Positions 26,380 through 36,272 of a DNA stretch of 64,000 bases are shown here, piece by piece. Source of the DNA: Candidatus Hydrogenedentota bacterium. Its GTDB lineage: Bacteria > Hydrogenedentota > Hydrogenedentia > Hydrogenedentales > SLHB01. The notes below the pieces were generated by a model. It made no database searches, had not been told where the DNA came from, and worked only from the letters and a program-made list of their open reading frames with translations. The stretch covers positions 1 to 64,000 of the forward strand of contig BTWA01000004.1 in assembly GCA_045863295.1 (NCBI GenBank), given 5' to 3'. How positions within the stretch are numbered: position 1 is the first letter of the stretch; every line of letters begins with the position of its first letter. A program made the translations under genes and the position numbers.

Positions 26380-29300
26380 TTACTCCTTGGAATCGAGCGC
26401 GGGTTCCGGTTCCGCCTCTGCGGCCGCCAACTCGGCGTACATCAGGCCAACGTCGTAGCGGGCCTTTCCGGCCGCCGCGATGACGCGCTGCGTCCATCCG
26501 AATTCGTCGACCATGACGGCGAGGGCGGTGTCGGTGGGAAAGCGGTGGTCCGCGAACACATGTACGACTTCCGCGAGCAATCGCCAATACAGGTAGGTGG
26601 CCAGTTGCTCTTTGACAATGTAATCATGGCCTTGGTGGTGATTAAGACCGAGGAACCGCCGGACGGGTTCAGGCTCTATCAATTTTCTAAACCGGCTGAC
26701 GTCCTCGTCCAAGGCGGTGATTTCGCCCTCGTGGGTATCCAACAGCAATTTCACGAGCGCCGCGTCTTCATGGGCCTGCCACCACTCACGGCCCATGTCG
26801 TGAAACGCGGCGACGACGCGATCGGAGAGCAGCCACTCTTCGAGCCAATTGGGATGGCCGGCCTTCTTGAGAATCCGGTCCAATGGCTTGAGAAGCGTCC
26901 ACGCGGTGATGATACGCCAGTTGTATCCCAGCGTGACGGTGGAATCCTGGATGCGTTCGAGGAAACATGCGGCGACATCATCCGGAACGCCGACCGCCTT
27001 GAGATTGCCGGGCAGTTCCATGGCGGCATCCATGTATTCGCGCGCGTCGGGCCCTTCGCCTTGGGCGTCCAGCGAAAAGCCCGCGATTTGGCTGAACAGC
27101 AGTGTGAAGGCTTGCATGTCGACTTCCGCGCTTTCGCGGCGGTCTTCGCGTTCCTCTTCGCTGTAGTCGGAGTCCATGAGGCCGGTAAGCGTTGCGGCAT
27201 TGAATACGGCACGAAAGGCGTCAAGCAAGGGTTCGAGCATCAGTTCGCGTCGTTCCCTGTCGATGCTGGGCGTTCCGCGCCCGTCGAGTTTCGCGGCAAG
27301 TCTGGCCCACGTTCCGTCCGTATCTTCGACCTCGCGGAAGTCAAGCAACGCATAATACTGGTAGCCATGCAATTGAAAGAAAAGGCCCTCGTCGCGGATC
27401 TTCCTTCCTTCTCGAATGTAGTCGAGTCCTTCGCGATGATCGCGGTAGACACAATACCAGTTGGCCTCGCTTCGTATACCCAACGCGTCCGCGAGCGGGG
27501 AGCTGACCAGGTTGGGAGAATCGGCGCTGCCCTTGTTGATCGGCGTTGATCCCTTAATCCAGCCCTGCGTCGTGTTGTAGGCGTTGTTGTACAGAAACAA
27601 CGAGCGCTCGTTCCCGTGCCGGTTTGAATAGGCGAACACATTCTCGTCGACATATCCGTGGGGCGTGTAGAAGTCGTAAAACGCAAACTGCTCGGCACTG
27701 CTGAAGAGATAGCGGCGGCGCAACAATGGAAAGATTTCGCGGTGATGGCGTTGCACAAGGCCTTCGTCCGCGGTTTCGTCCCAGTAGGCGCGCCGGTATT
27801 CCATGCCGTATTTTTCGCGCAGTCCTTCGATCTGGCCGTGACCAAACATGGGAAGGCCCGGAATCGTGGCCATCATGGCGGCGACCCCAAAGTACTTGTC
27901 GCCCACGCCGAATTGTTCCGCGGCGGTCATTTCGTCGGGGTTGTTCATGAAATTGACGAAGCGGCGCAGAATTCCTGGGCTGTATTCGATGACGTTTTTA
28001 ATGGTTTGCCGGTACTTTTGGTTCTCTTCCATTTTCATCATGTTCATGAATGCGCTGTTGTACACGCGATGCATGCCGAGCGTACGCACGAAGTAGCCTT
28101 CCATAAGCCAGAACGCTTCGGCGAGCAAAAGGGTGTCGGGGGCCTCGGCGGCCACGCGATCCACCACTTCGCGCCAGAACTCCACGGGGAAGACTTTGTC
28201 GAATTCCTCCTTGGTCATGCCGTGTTCGGCGCGGGACGGAATAGCGCCCGCATCGCCGGCCTTTGGAAACCAGAGGCGCTGATAGTGTTTCTTGGCAAGT
28301 GTCATGGCCGCGTCGAATCGGATGATGGAGAACATCCGGGCGACATGCAGAATAGTCTGGATGACGGCTTCCCGCACTTCGGGCAGGAGATAATTCAGCT
28401 GGGCGGTGTCGTTCCACGGCATGCTGGTGCCGTCGTTGCCGTGATAGATGTAGCGCGTGTCGCCGGACCATTTGTCCACCCGCTTGAACACGACCGCGGC
28501 ATCCCGCCGGTCCCAGTAACCGTCTTCGATCTGAATGGACACGCGTTCATCGCGGGACAGATTTCCTCCGCTGAAGGAATAAGACGGATACGGAGGATGA
28601 TTGAGCTGCACAAACCAGTTGGGGTGTTCGACAACCCATCGAGAATAAATGCCCATGTGGTTGGGCACCATGTCACTGGCCAGTCGAATACCTCGGCTTC
28701 GCGCGCGTTCGTTGAGGGAACGATAGGCATCGTCGCCGCCGAGGTCGGCCGCGATGGTGTAGTCAAAAAGGGAGTAGGCGGAGGCGATGGCCTCGGGGTT
28801 GCCGGTCCAGCGTTTGATGTCCTCTGAAGCTGGGGATCGTTCCCACACGCCGATGAGCCACAATCCGTTGAACCCGCGGCGTGCGAGTTGATCGAGTTCA
28901 TCGTCGGGGATCTGATCCAGGCGGTGAATGTGCCTCTGGTACTTCTTCGACAGTTGATCCAGCCACACGTAGGCGGTCTTGGCGATTAAGACGACATTGG
29001 CCATCCAGTCGGCATCGGGAGAATAGCGCTCCGGTTCGGGGTACTCGTCGAAACCGGCGGCCTTGCCGGAGCGAAAATCGAGCACGGACAGATTGGGCCC
29101 GTCGCCCATGCCGCGCGTCGCGGTTTCTTCGCGCACGATGCCTTGCACCATGAGAACGCGGCGCAACAACGATTTCGGCAACAGGCGGCCCCAGTGACGC
29201 CGGATGTACTCCAATTGATCTTCGAGGGAATCCGGACAGTTCTTCATGGGGAGTCGCAAACATTCGAACAAGGTCTCGCCGATCTCATCGACGGGGGGTT

Positions 29301-29955
29301 GGTTGGCAAAGAAGGTCTCGAAGTCGTGAATGATTTCGACGTAGGGCACTTCATGACGGAGAAGTTCGTCGTTAAAGAGCCGCACGAACGGCCGTAGCGC
29401 CGGGTTGGACATCGCCAGGCGCAACAGGATCATTTCGATGTGGGCGGTGACGCGGGCTTCCATGTCCTCGCGGGTTTTTTGCGCGAATTCGCGATCGGAA
29501 CTTCTATCGACGGCAACCGGCTCCGGTGGGAAGCGCCTGACAAACGCGCCGAGGGTGTTCTGCAATACATCGCTGGTCTTAATGGAGCGATTCCATTCCA
29601 GACACTTATCCAGAATGCCTGGGATCTGGCGCGAGACGTAGTATGCCGCGACATAGCGAAGGATGTCTGAAAGCAATCCCAAGGAGAGCAACTGCCCCGC
29701 ACCGACGTAGGGCCAGCCGTGGGTTTCCGGCGAGTCGATTTCGTTCATGGACTTTGCCAGATGGCGAATCGCACGCACTTCGTCGGGGGTACGTCCCTCC
29801 TCACCTCCTTTCAACAATTGGGCGAGCCGGTACCTTTCCCAAGCTTCCCGGCTGAGATGGAGCCCGAGTGGGCTGTAATACCGTAACCGCATTTCGAGGT
29901 CGGAAGCGTCGGACACGGAGGCGCCGACGCTGGAAATCGTTTCTTTCTCGTGCAT
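26380..29955 (-). CDS. Large GH13 alpha-amylase family protein
   Basis: DMVPNH, catalytic RFDAAM (D), AEAFW (E), NNPDE (D); 1191 aa. Confidence 0.9.
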   Translation of the reverse strand: MHEKETISSVGASVSDASDLEMRLRYYSPLGLHLSREAWERYRLAQLLKGGEEGRTPDEVRAIRHLAKSMNEIDSPETHGWPYVGAGQLLSLGLLSDILRYVAAYYVSRQIPGILDKCLEWNRSIKTSDVLQNTLGAFVRRFPPEPVAVDRSSDREFAQKTREDMEARVTAHIEMILLRLAMSNPALRPFVRLFNDELLRHEVPYVEIIHDFETFFANQPPVDEIGETLFECLRLPMKNCPDSLEDQLEYIRRHWGRLLPKSLLRRVLMVQGIVREETATRGMGDGPNLSVLDFRSGKAAGFDEYPEPERYSPDADWMANVVLIAKTAYVWLDQLSKKYQRHIHRLDQIPDDELDQLARRGFNGLWLIGVWERSPASEDIKRWTGNPEAIASAYSLFDYTIAADLGGDDAYRSLNERARSRGIRLASDMVPNHMGIYSRWVVEHPNWFVQLNHPPYPSYSFSGGNLSRDERVSIQIEDGYWDRRDAAVVFKRVDKWSGDTRYIYHGNDGTSMPWNDTAQLNYLLPEVREAVIQTILHVARMFSIIRFDAAMTLAKKHYQRLWFPKAGDAGAIPSRAEHGMTKEEFDKVFPVEFWREVVDRVAAEAPDTLLLAEAFWLMEGYFVRTLGMHRVYNSAFMNMMKMEENQKYRQTIKNVIEYSPGILRRFVNFMNNPDEMTAAEQFGVGDKYFGVAAMMATIPGLPMFGHGQIEGLREKYGMEYRRAYWDETADEGLVQRHHREIFPLLRRRYLFSSAEQFAFYDFYTPHGYVDENVFAYSNRHGNERSLFLYNNAYNTTQGWIKGSTPINKGSADSPNLVSSPLADALGIRSEANWYCVYRDHREGLDYIREGRKIRDEGLFFQLHGYQYYALLDFREVEDTDGTWARLAAKLDGRGTPSIDRERRELMLEPLLDAFRAVFNAATLTGLMDSDYSEEEREDRRESAEVDMQAFTLLFSQIAGFSLDAQGEGPDAREYMDAAMELPGNLKAVGVPDDVAACFLERIQDSTVTLGYNWRIITAWTLLKPLDRILKKAGHPNWLEEWLLSDRVVAAFHDMGREWWQAHEDAALVKLLLDTHEGEITALDEDVSRFRKLIEPEPVRRFLGLNHHQGHDYIVKEQLATYLYWRLLAEVVHVFADHRFPTDTALAVMVDEFGWTQRVIAAAGKARYDVGLMYAELAAAEAEPEPALDSKE

Positions 29956-30434
29956 TCACTTTAGCCCTATGCGAATGCGCCTCAGGCGATTCGCAAGTTT
30001 CACTCAAAGGAGAGTTTGCCCCATGGCGACGCATTCTACCTGATGAAACGGGTGGTCCTCTAACCGGGCTATTTCTAGACGATTAACCGGGCGTTTGGCC
30101 ATGGGAGTTCCGTAACCCATATGTCGGGGGCCACATATCGTCGAAGTCCATAAATGATTCGCTTCTTAATAGAGCGCACATTGTCCTGTGTGAGTCCGTA
30201 TATCGTCACGCGGCCCGTATGGGATCAATTCAGTGCGGGTGGATTCGGGGTGCCGGGTCCACCCGTCGAGACCCGCGAGAACGTGGGACTACGTACTGAC
30301 GGTGGTATGATACAGGTTGTACTTAACTAGCGGGACACACACGCTTCTAAGTGCGATGTAACCTATTCATATTGAATAGCTTATAAACAAAGCGGGCATC
30401 GGCGCATAGCTAGTAATTTGGCCGATAATTCATG

Positions 30435-30463
30435 TTGCCAAGAAATCGGGCTCCGTCTATACT
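30435..30463 (+). promoter_or_regulatory. Sigma-70 promoter of DUF1559 gene A
   Basis: TTGCCA-N17-TATACT; the same boxes occur upstream of paralog B. Confidence 0.8.
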
Positions 30464-30469
30464 TACGGT

Positions 30470-30621
30470 TACTGGTGTATTGAACTTCGGGTGTCGACAA
30501 GCAGGCTGTCGGAGAAAGGAGGGGTTTCGTAACTATCTACCGAAAGGTAGAGACCGGTGGAGGCTTTCTGCGCGTTGGTGTGTGTCGGAAAGTCGCTGCC
30601 TTTAACTGGAGTTCTAGTTTC
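30470..30621 (+). ncRNA. Candidate structured 5' leader RNA (copy A)
   Basis: Aligns with 31850-31996; CTACC-GAAA-GGTAG hairpin; orphan GAAAGGAGG. Confidence 0.5.
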
Positions 30622-31500
30622 ATGAAGAAACGCGGTTTTACTCTCATTGAATTGCTCGTAGTAATTGCAATCATTGGTATCCTTGCAGCTATCCTTCTTC
30701 CGGCTCTGGCCCGTGCCCGCGAAGCGGCGCGCCGTGCCAGTTGCCAGAACAATCTGAAGCAGATGGGCCTTGTGTTCAAGATGTACTCGAACGAGGCCTT
30801 CAATGCGTTGTACCCGGTCATGAAGCATGCGGGCGACGACCTGTGCGACAATTTCTCCCTGGGCTTCTGGTTCCAGGGCGACTTGGTCTATCCGGAATAC
30901 CTGACGGATCCGGAAATTCAGTTCTGCCCGTCCGCTCCGTTTAACGACTCCGTGGAATTTCGTTGCGGCGATGTCGAAACGAATCCCTGGTGCCCGTGCG
31001 AATTCGGTGAATCCACCTACGTGTACACGGGCTTCGCGCTTGCGCTGAAGCACTATGTGACGGCCGGTGCGAACCCGAATGCTCCGAACGGCGCTTCGTT
31101 GCTTCCGGGCTTCCTGACGGTGTCGGGCACGACGCCGACGGGCGGCGCGCTGGCGGTCTATGCGGCGACGATTGACGCGCAAACGACGCGCGCCAACGCG
31201 TTCAACCAGACCGAAAAGTCCAGCCTGAACATTGCCGGCACGGAACGCGCCGAGCGCACCCGTGAAGGCATTGAGCGGTTCTTCATCACGAACATCAACG
31301 CGGCGGCTTCGGGTTCGAAGGCGCAGAGCGAAGTGGTCGTGATGTGGGATCAGCCCAGCACGGACATCGCGGAATACAACCACGTGCCGGGCGGCTGCAA
31401 CGTGCTGTACATGGACGGCCATGTCGCGTTCCGCCGTTATCCGAGCACGGACCACCCCGTCAATGGCACGATGGCCTTCTTGAACGGCGAGATTTTCTAA
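30622..31500 (+). CDS. DUF1559 / prepilin-type N-terminal cleavage domain protein A
   Basis: [47 protein letters not shown] (H-X9-DG-type C-terminus). Confidence 0.93.
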   Translation: MKKRGFTLIELLVVIAIIGILAAILLPALARAREAARRASCQNNLKQMGLVFKMYSNEAFNALYPVMKHAGDDLCDNFSLGFWFQGDLVYPEYLTDPEIQFCPSAPFNDSVEFRCGDVETNPWCPCEFGESTYVYTGFALALKHYVTAGANPNAPNGASLLPGFLTVSGTTPTGGALAVYAATIDAQTTRANAFNQTEKSSLNIAGTERAERTREGIERFFITNINAAASGSKAQSEVVVMWDQPSTDIAEYNHVPGGCNVLYMDGHVAFRRYPSTDHPVNGTMAFLNGEIF

Positions 31501-31535
31501 TTCTCCCCGGTTGACATTTGAGTTTGTACATCAGT

Positions 31536-31574
31536 CGCGGGCCGCATTCGCAAGAATGCGGCCCGTGTTTTTTT
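31536..31574 (+). terminator. Intrinsic terminator
   Basis: GCGGGCCGCATTC-GCAA-GAATGCGGCCCGT followed by T7. Confidence 0.9.
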
Positions 31575-31814
31575 GTTAATGATTCTGTAAGAAATGCCGC
31601 TGAGTTAAGATTCGTGGGGATTGTCGTGGGTATGTAAACTGAGTCCATTTGTGGGGCATTTTTGGTGGGCCGTCCCTGGCGACAAATATGACTGAAACAC
31701 TACACTACAACTCGATATTTTAAGCCTCCTTGTCACACAAGCTGTTTATTCTGAATGGGTTATAGGCAAAGAGCGGATTCATCTTTTATTCACTATCTAC
31801 GTTAAACGAGGGTC

Positions 31815-31843
31815 TTGCCAAGAATTGATTTGCTTTATATACT
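31815..31843 (+). promoter_or_regulatory. Sigma-70 promoter of DUF1559 gene B
   Basis: TTGCCA-N17-TATACT. Confidence 0.8.
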
Positions 31844-31849
31844 GGACTT

Positions 31850-31996
31850 CCAGTGCAAGGTGGTTTCGGTGTCTATCAAGTTGGCTATCGGGAAGGGAGG
31901 GGTGTCTTAACAGCTACCTACGGGTAGAACGAGCGGCGTTCTCCACATTGGTGTGTGTGCGCGAAACGCTGTCTCTCAACTGGGAGCCTATTCATC
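31850..31996 (+). ncRNA. Candidate structured 5' leader RNA (copy B)
   Basis: CTACC-TACG-GGTAG hairpin; orphan GAAGGGAGG; homologous to leader A. Confidence 0.5.
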
Positions 31997-32875
31997 ATGA
32001 AGAAACGCGGTTTCACTTTGATCGAATTGCTCGTAGTAATAGCAATCATTGGTATCCTTGCAGCTATCCTTCTTCCGGCTCTGGCCCGTGCCCGCGAAGC
32101 GGCGCGCCGTGCCAGTTGCCAGAACAATCTGAAGCAGATGGGCCTTGTGTTCAAGATGTACTCGAACGAGGCCTTCAATGCGTTGTACCCGGTCATGAAG
32201 CATGCGGGCGACGACCTGTGCGACAATTTCTCCCTGGGCTTCTGGTTCCAGGGCGACTTGGTCTATCCGGAATACCTGACGGATCCGGAAATTCAGTTCT
32301 GCCCGTCCGCTCCGTTTAACGACTCCGTGGAATTTCGTTGCGGCGATGTCGAAACGAATCCCTGGTGCCCGTGCGAATTCGGTGAATCCACCTACGTGTA
32401 CACGGGCTTCGCGCTTGCGCTGAAGCACTATGTGACGGCCGGTGCGAACCCGAATGCTCCGAACGGCGCTTCGTTGCTTCCGGGCTTCCTGACGGTGTCG
32501 GGCACGACGCCGACGGGCGGCGCGCTGGCGGTCTATGCGGCGACGATTGACGCGCAAACGACGCGCGCCAACGCGTTCAACCAGACCGAAAAGTCCAGCC
32601 TGAACATTGCCGGCACGGAACGCGCCGAGCGCACCCGTGAAGGCATTGAGCGGTTCTTCATCACGAACATCAACGCGGCGGCTTCGGGTTCGAAGGCGCA
32701 GAGCGAAGTGGTCGTGATGTGGGATCAGCCCAGCACGGACATCGCGGAATACAACCACGTGCCGGGCGGCTGCAACGTGCTGTACATGGACGGCCATGTC
32801 GCGTTCCGCCGTTATCCGAGCACGGACCACCCCGTCAATGGAACCATGGCCTTCTTGAACGGCGACATCTTCTAA
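31997..32875 (+). CDS. DUF1559 / prepilin-type protein B (near-identical to A)
   Basis: Protein differs from A only by E/D in the third-last residue. Confidence 0.9.
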   Translation: MKKRGFTLIELLVVIAIIGILAAILLPALARAREAARRASCQNNLKQMGLVFKMYSNEAFNALYPVMKHAGDDLCDNFSLGFWFQGDLVYPEYLTDPEIQFCPSAPFNDSVEFRCGDVETNPWCPCEFGESTYVYTGFALALKHYVTAGANPNAPNGASLLPGFLTVSGTTPTGGALAVYAATIDAQTTRANAFNQTEKSSLNIAGTERAERTREGIERFFITNINAAASGSKAQSEVVVMWDQPSTDIAEYNHVPGGCNVLYMDGHVAFRRYPSTDHPVNGTMAFLNGDIF

Positions 32876-32909
32876 GATTCGTCGAGGACACGTGAAAGCA
32901 CCTGCACTG

Positions 32910-32950
32910 CGCGGGCCGCTCCCGAAGGGGATGCGGCCCGCGATTTTTTT
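32910..32950 (+). terminator. Intrinsic terminator
   Basis: CGCGGGCCGC...GCGGCCCGCG followed by T7. Confidence 0.9.
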
Positions 32951-33006
32951 GTATTGCTTCTGTCTCCGGGACGAGTATGCTGTGTGTGGCCCCCCTATTG
33001 CCAGAA

Positions 33007-33174
33007 ATGGAACCCTTGGAGACGTTTGGAATGAGTCTTCTGGAAATTTTCACCCTTGCGTATGTGAACCCGACAGAAGGTCCGTTTTCGCTGGCGGCGG
33101 CGGTATTCTTTGGGGCTTTTTGGCCTGCGATTGTCTTCATACAGTTGTTCTTTGGGCTGGCTGCCGGTCAATGA
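33007..33174 (+). CDS. Small putative membrane protein (55 aa)
   Basis: MEPLETFG...LAAAVFFGAFWPAIVFIQLFFGL hydrophobic segment; lies between a terminator and the kor promoter; start uncertain. Confidence 0.45.
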   Translation: MEPLETFGMSLLEIFTLAYVNPTEGPFSLAAAVFFGAFWPAIVFIQLFFGLAAGQ

Positions 33175-33203
33175 AGGCTCCAGGCCCGGGGATAGAATAC
33201 TCA

Positions 33204-33232
33204 TTGACGAAATCGGACTTAAGGTATAGACT
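33204..33232 (+). promoter_or_regulatory. Sigma-70 promoter of kor operon
   Basis: TTGACG-N17-TAGACT. Confidence 0.55.
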
Positions 33233-33342
33233 TTAGATATCTTTACTGCGGTAGTAAGCGGTATCGTTCGAAGTTTCGGGGGAAACCATTCGAAGGACAC
33301 GTTGCGCCCTTTGGCGTGCGTGGAGGGGGGGCCGCTCATCCA

Positions 33343-33636
33343 ATGGACGCACCATCTCGTGCGCCGAAGGATACGTCTTCGGCGCATGTGCCACACGGTC
33401 ACGTTTTCATCATTCCGAACCGGTGCAAGGGCTGCAAGTTTTGCGTCGAATTCTGCCCGACGCATGTACTGGACTACTCCGCCGAAATCAACGCCAAGGG
33501 ATACCACTATCCCGTAATTGCCGAAGGCAAGGAATTGGCGTGCGTGCACTGCAACTTCTGCGACCTTGTATGCCCTGAGATGGCGATCTTTACTCGAGAG
33601 GGCGATGCCACGGCGGTAACGGGAGGTGCATTGTGA
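33343..33636 (+). CDS. korD: 2-oxoacid:ferredoxin oxidoreductase delta subunit (2x[4Fe-4S])
   Basis: CKGCKFCVEFCP and CVHCNFCDLVCP, NAKGYHYP. Confidence 0.9.
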   Translation: MDAPSRAPKDTSSAHVPHGHVFIIPNRCKGCKFCVEFCPTHVLDYSAEINAKGYHYPVIAEGKELACVHCNFCDLVCPEMAIFTREGDATAVTGGAL

Positions 33637-34811
33637 GCGCCGCGGCGACCCCCACACCGGCGAGCACTGAACTCCGCGTGATGGCTGGAAATCACTTCAT
33701 GTTGGGCGATCACGCCTGCGCGGAAGGCGCTCTGGCCGCGGGGCTCGATTTCTTCGCGGGCTATCCCATTACACCCTCCACCGAGGTCATGGAAAGATTG
33801 GCGCACCGCTTGCCGCGCGTGGGTGGACGTTTTGTCCAGATGGAGGATGAGATAGCCAGCGTGGCGGCGATTATCGGCGCATCGGCCGCTGGAGCACGCA
33901 GCATGACAGCGACTTCGGGGCCCGGATTCAGCCTGATGATGGAGAATATCGGTCTCGCTGCGATGATGGAAGTGCCTATTGTGGTGGTGGACGTGCAGCG
34001 CGCCTCTCCTTCGACCGGTCTTCCCACGTCAGTTGGACAAGGCGATATTCTTCAGGCGCGTTGGGGTTCGCACGGCGATTATGGGGTGGTCGTCTATTGT
34101 CCTGCTTCTCCACAGGAATGCTTCGATTTGACGGTCGAAGCGTTCAATACAGCCGATCGGTATCGCGTCCCTACGTTTGTGCTCATGGACGAAATCATTG
34201 GCCACATGACCGAGCGTGTGACCATTCCGGCGGCGGAATCGATTCGCCGGATTGGCCGAAAGCGGCCACTGCAGGCACCGGGCGAGGGCGAGCATTTTCC
34301 GTATAAAGCCGACGCCGATTTGGTGCCCCCGATGGCCCACGCGGGCGAAGGGTATAAAGTGCATATGACGGGCCTGACTCACGATGAACGCGGGTATCCC
34401 GCGTTGAACGCGGCGGCGCACGAGAAGCTAATCCACCGGATAGTAGACAAAGTGCGCCTGAACGCGGCGGACATCGTCCGATACGAAGCGGTCATGGTGG
34501 ACGATGCGGAGACGGTTGTGGTGGCATTTGGGTGCACTTCTCGATCGGCGCGCCGTGCGGTTGCCATGGCGCGGGAACGCGGTGTTCGCGCGGGCTTTTT
34601 GAGGCCCATCACGGCCTGGCCATTTCCCAAGAAGGCGATACAGGATTTGGCAGGGCGTGGGGTGATGAAGCGCCTGATTGTGCCTGAGATTAATCTGGGG
34701 CAGATGGGCCGAGAGGTGGAGCGGGTGGTTTCGTTTCCAGTCCACCGTATCAACCGCGCTGGGGGTGCGATGATCACGCCGGACGTCATCCTGGAGGAGA
34801 TTCTTCGATGA
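33633..34811 (+). CDS. korA: 2-oxoacid:ferredoxin oxidoreductase alpha subunit
   Basis: AGYPITPSTE, QMEDE, TATSGPGFSLM, PSTGLPT. Confidence 0.95.
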   Translation: MSAAATPTPASTELRVMAGNHFMLGDHACAEGALAAGLDFFAGYPITPSTEVMERLAHRLPRVGGRFVQMEDEIASVAAIIGASAAGARSMTATSGPGFSLMMENIGLAAMMEVPIVVVDVQRASPSTGLPTSVGQGDILQARWGSHGDYGVVVYCPASPQECFDLTVEAFNTADRYRVPTFVLMDEIIGHMTERVTIPAAESIRRIGRKRPLQAPGEGEHFPYKADADLVPPMAHAGEGYKVHMTGLTHDERGYPALNAAAHEKLIHRIVDKVRLNAADIVRYEAVMVDDAETVVVAFGCTSRSARRAVAMARERGVRAGFLRPITAWPFPKKAIQDLAGRGVMKRLIVPEINLGQMGREVERVVSFPVHRINRAGGAMITPDVILEEILR

Positions 34812-35722
34812 GTTTGCCTGCGGTGCGCGAAACGCATGTGGAATCACATCCAATAGACCATCTGCTTCGGGCGGATCGACTGCCTCATATCTTGTGTCCG
34901 GGTTGCGGCATTGGTTCCGTCATTCATTGCTACGTGGACGCAATCGCGGCTTCGGGCATTCCCGTGGATCAACACGTATGCGTATCGGGTATTGGTTGCA
35001 GCGGCCGTGCGGCAGGATACGTGAACGTGGATTCGTATCATACGACGCACGGACGCGCACTACCCTTTGCCTTGGGCATTGCCGTGCACCGGCCTGATCT
35101 GAAAGTAACCGTGATCAGCGGCGACGGCGATCTCACTTCGATTGGCGGGAATCATTTTATCCACGCGGCGCGGCGCAGCGTGGCGTTGCTGGTCATTTGC
35201 ATCAACAATTTCAATTACGGCATGACCGGAGGCCAGGCCGGTCCGACGACACCTTTGAGCGCACATTCGAGTACCACGCCATTCGGCTGCTGGGAGCGGC
35301 CGTTCAATCTGCCGCACCTGGCGGAGGCCGTAGGCGCTTCCTTCGTGGCGCGTTGGACCGTGCTTCATGTCCGTCAATTGCGGGATTGCCTTGTGCACGC
35401 GATGCACTTGGAGGGGTTCCGGTTTATTGAAGTTCTCTCTCTGTGCCCGACAGGATTTGGCCGGCCAAACGATATCGGCGATGGCTTGATGGAAATGCAA
35501 AATTACATGCGCCGCTGCGTTGCCGAGGATGGCGCGGACCTGCGCAGTATCGACATCGATCTGACCCGCAGCGATTCGCCGATTGTCGTAGGAAATTTTG
35601 TAGACACCAAGCGGCCTTCGTTCCGTCCCTCCATTGCGGATACTCCTCCCCCGCCTCCGAGCCCCGCGACGTGGGCGGAGGTACGGCCGACGCAATTCAA
35701 GGAGGACTCCAATGGCGACTGA
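34808..35722 (+). CDS. korB: 2-oxoacid:ferredoxin oxidoreductase beta subunit (TPP-binding)
   Basis: CPGCG, SGIGCS, HGRA, GDGD, NNFNYGMTGGQ. Confidence 0.95.
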   Translation: MSLPAVRETHVESHPIDHLLRADRLPHILCPGCGIGSVIHCYVDAIAASGIPVDQHVCVSGIGCSGRAAGYVNVDSYHTTHGRALPFALGIAVHRPDLKVTVISGDGDLTSIGGNHFIHAARRSVALLVICINNFNYGMTGGQAGPTTPLSAHSSTTPFGCWERPFNLPHLAEAVGASFVARWTVLHVRQLRDCLVHAMHLEGFRFIEVLSLCPTGFGRPNDIGDGLMEMQNYMRRCVAEDGADLRSIDIDLTRSDSPIVVGNFVDTKRPSFRPSIADTPPPPPSPATWAEVRPTQFKEDSNGD

Positions 35723-36272
35723 AGGCGGTGTCCTGACCAAGTCCACCGAGATCCGGGTGAGCGGGTATGGCGGACAGGGAGTCGTGCTGGCCGGAATGCT
35801 GTTGGGGAAGGCGGCGGCACTATACGACGGCAAAGAGGCGGTCTTCACGCAGTCGTACGGCCCCGAGGCGCGAGGCGGGGCTTCATGCGCGGACATCGTG
35901 GTATCGGATGGGCCAATCGATTACCCGCTGGTTTCCAGTCCGGACATCCTTGTCACGCTGTTTCAAGAGGCGTATGTGAAATACCGCCCAACGCTTCGCG
36001 ACGGCGGGTTGCTAATACTGGAGAGCAGTCTTGTGCATCCGTCGAAGGAGGTGCATCCGTATTCCGCGATCGATGCGACGGCGATGGCCGACGGTCTTGG
36101 AAAACGTCTTGTGATGAACGTCATCGTACTGGGCTTTTTGGTAGGCAAAACGGGCGTTGTCAGCGTTGAATCCATGCAGAAGGCGATTGAGTCGACGATG
36201 AAGAGCAAAACGGTGGAACTGAATTTGCGGGCGTTTGAGGCGGGCCTTGAGCGGGCCACGAAGGCGGCGTGA
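35712..36272 (+). CDS. korC: 2-oxoacid:ferredoxin oxidoreductase gamma subunit
   Basis: SGYGGQGVV, QSYGPEARGG; ATG at 35712 after GGAGG. Confidence 0.93.
   Translation: MATEGGVLTKSTEIRVSGYGGQGVVLAGMLLGKAAALYDGKEAVFTQSYGPEARGGASCADIVVSDGPIDYPLVSSPDILVTLFQEAYVKYRPTLRDGGLLILESSLVHPSKEVHPYSAIDATAMADGLGKRLVMNVIVLGFLVGKTGVVSVESMQKAIESTMKSKTVELNLRAFEAGLERATKAA

Noticed and set aside
30154..30330. ~58-aa plus-strand sORF and a 13-bp hairpin at 30236-30265
   Set aside because: No RBS and no counterpart upstream of paralog B; a single hairpin is weak evidence.
30421..30428. Perfect GCCGATAA sigma-28 -10 box upstream of DUF1559 A
   Set aside because: No TAAA -35 15 nt upstream, and absent from paralog B.
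30470..30621. c-di-GMP-I riboswitch (GAAA tetraloop hairpin)
   Set aside because: Lacks the GGCAAACC...GACGCAAA core and the tetraloop receptor; the paralog has a UACG loop.
30622..32875. Diversity-generating retroelement template/variable repeat pair
   Set aside because: No reverse transcriptase; differences are mostly synonymous and not adenine-specific.
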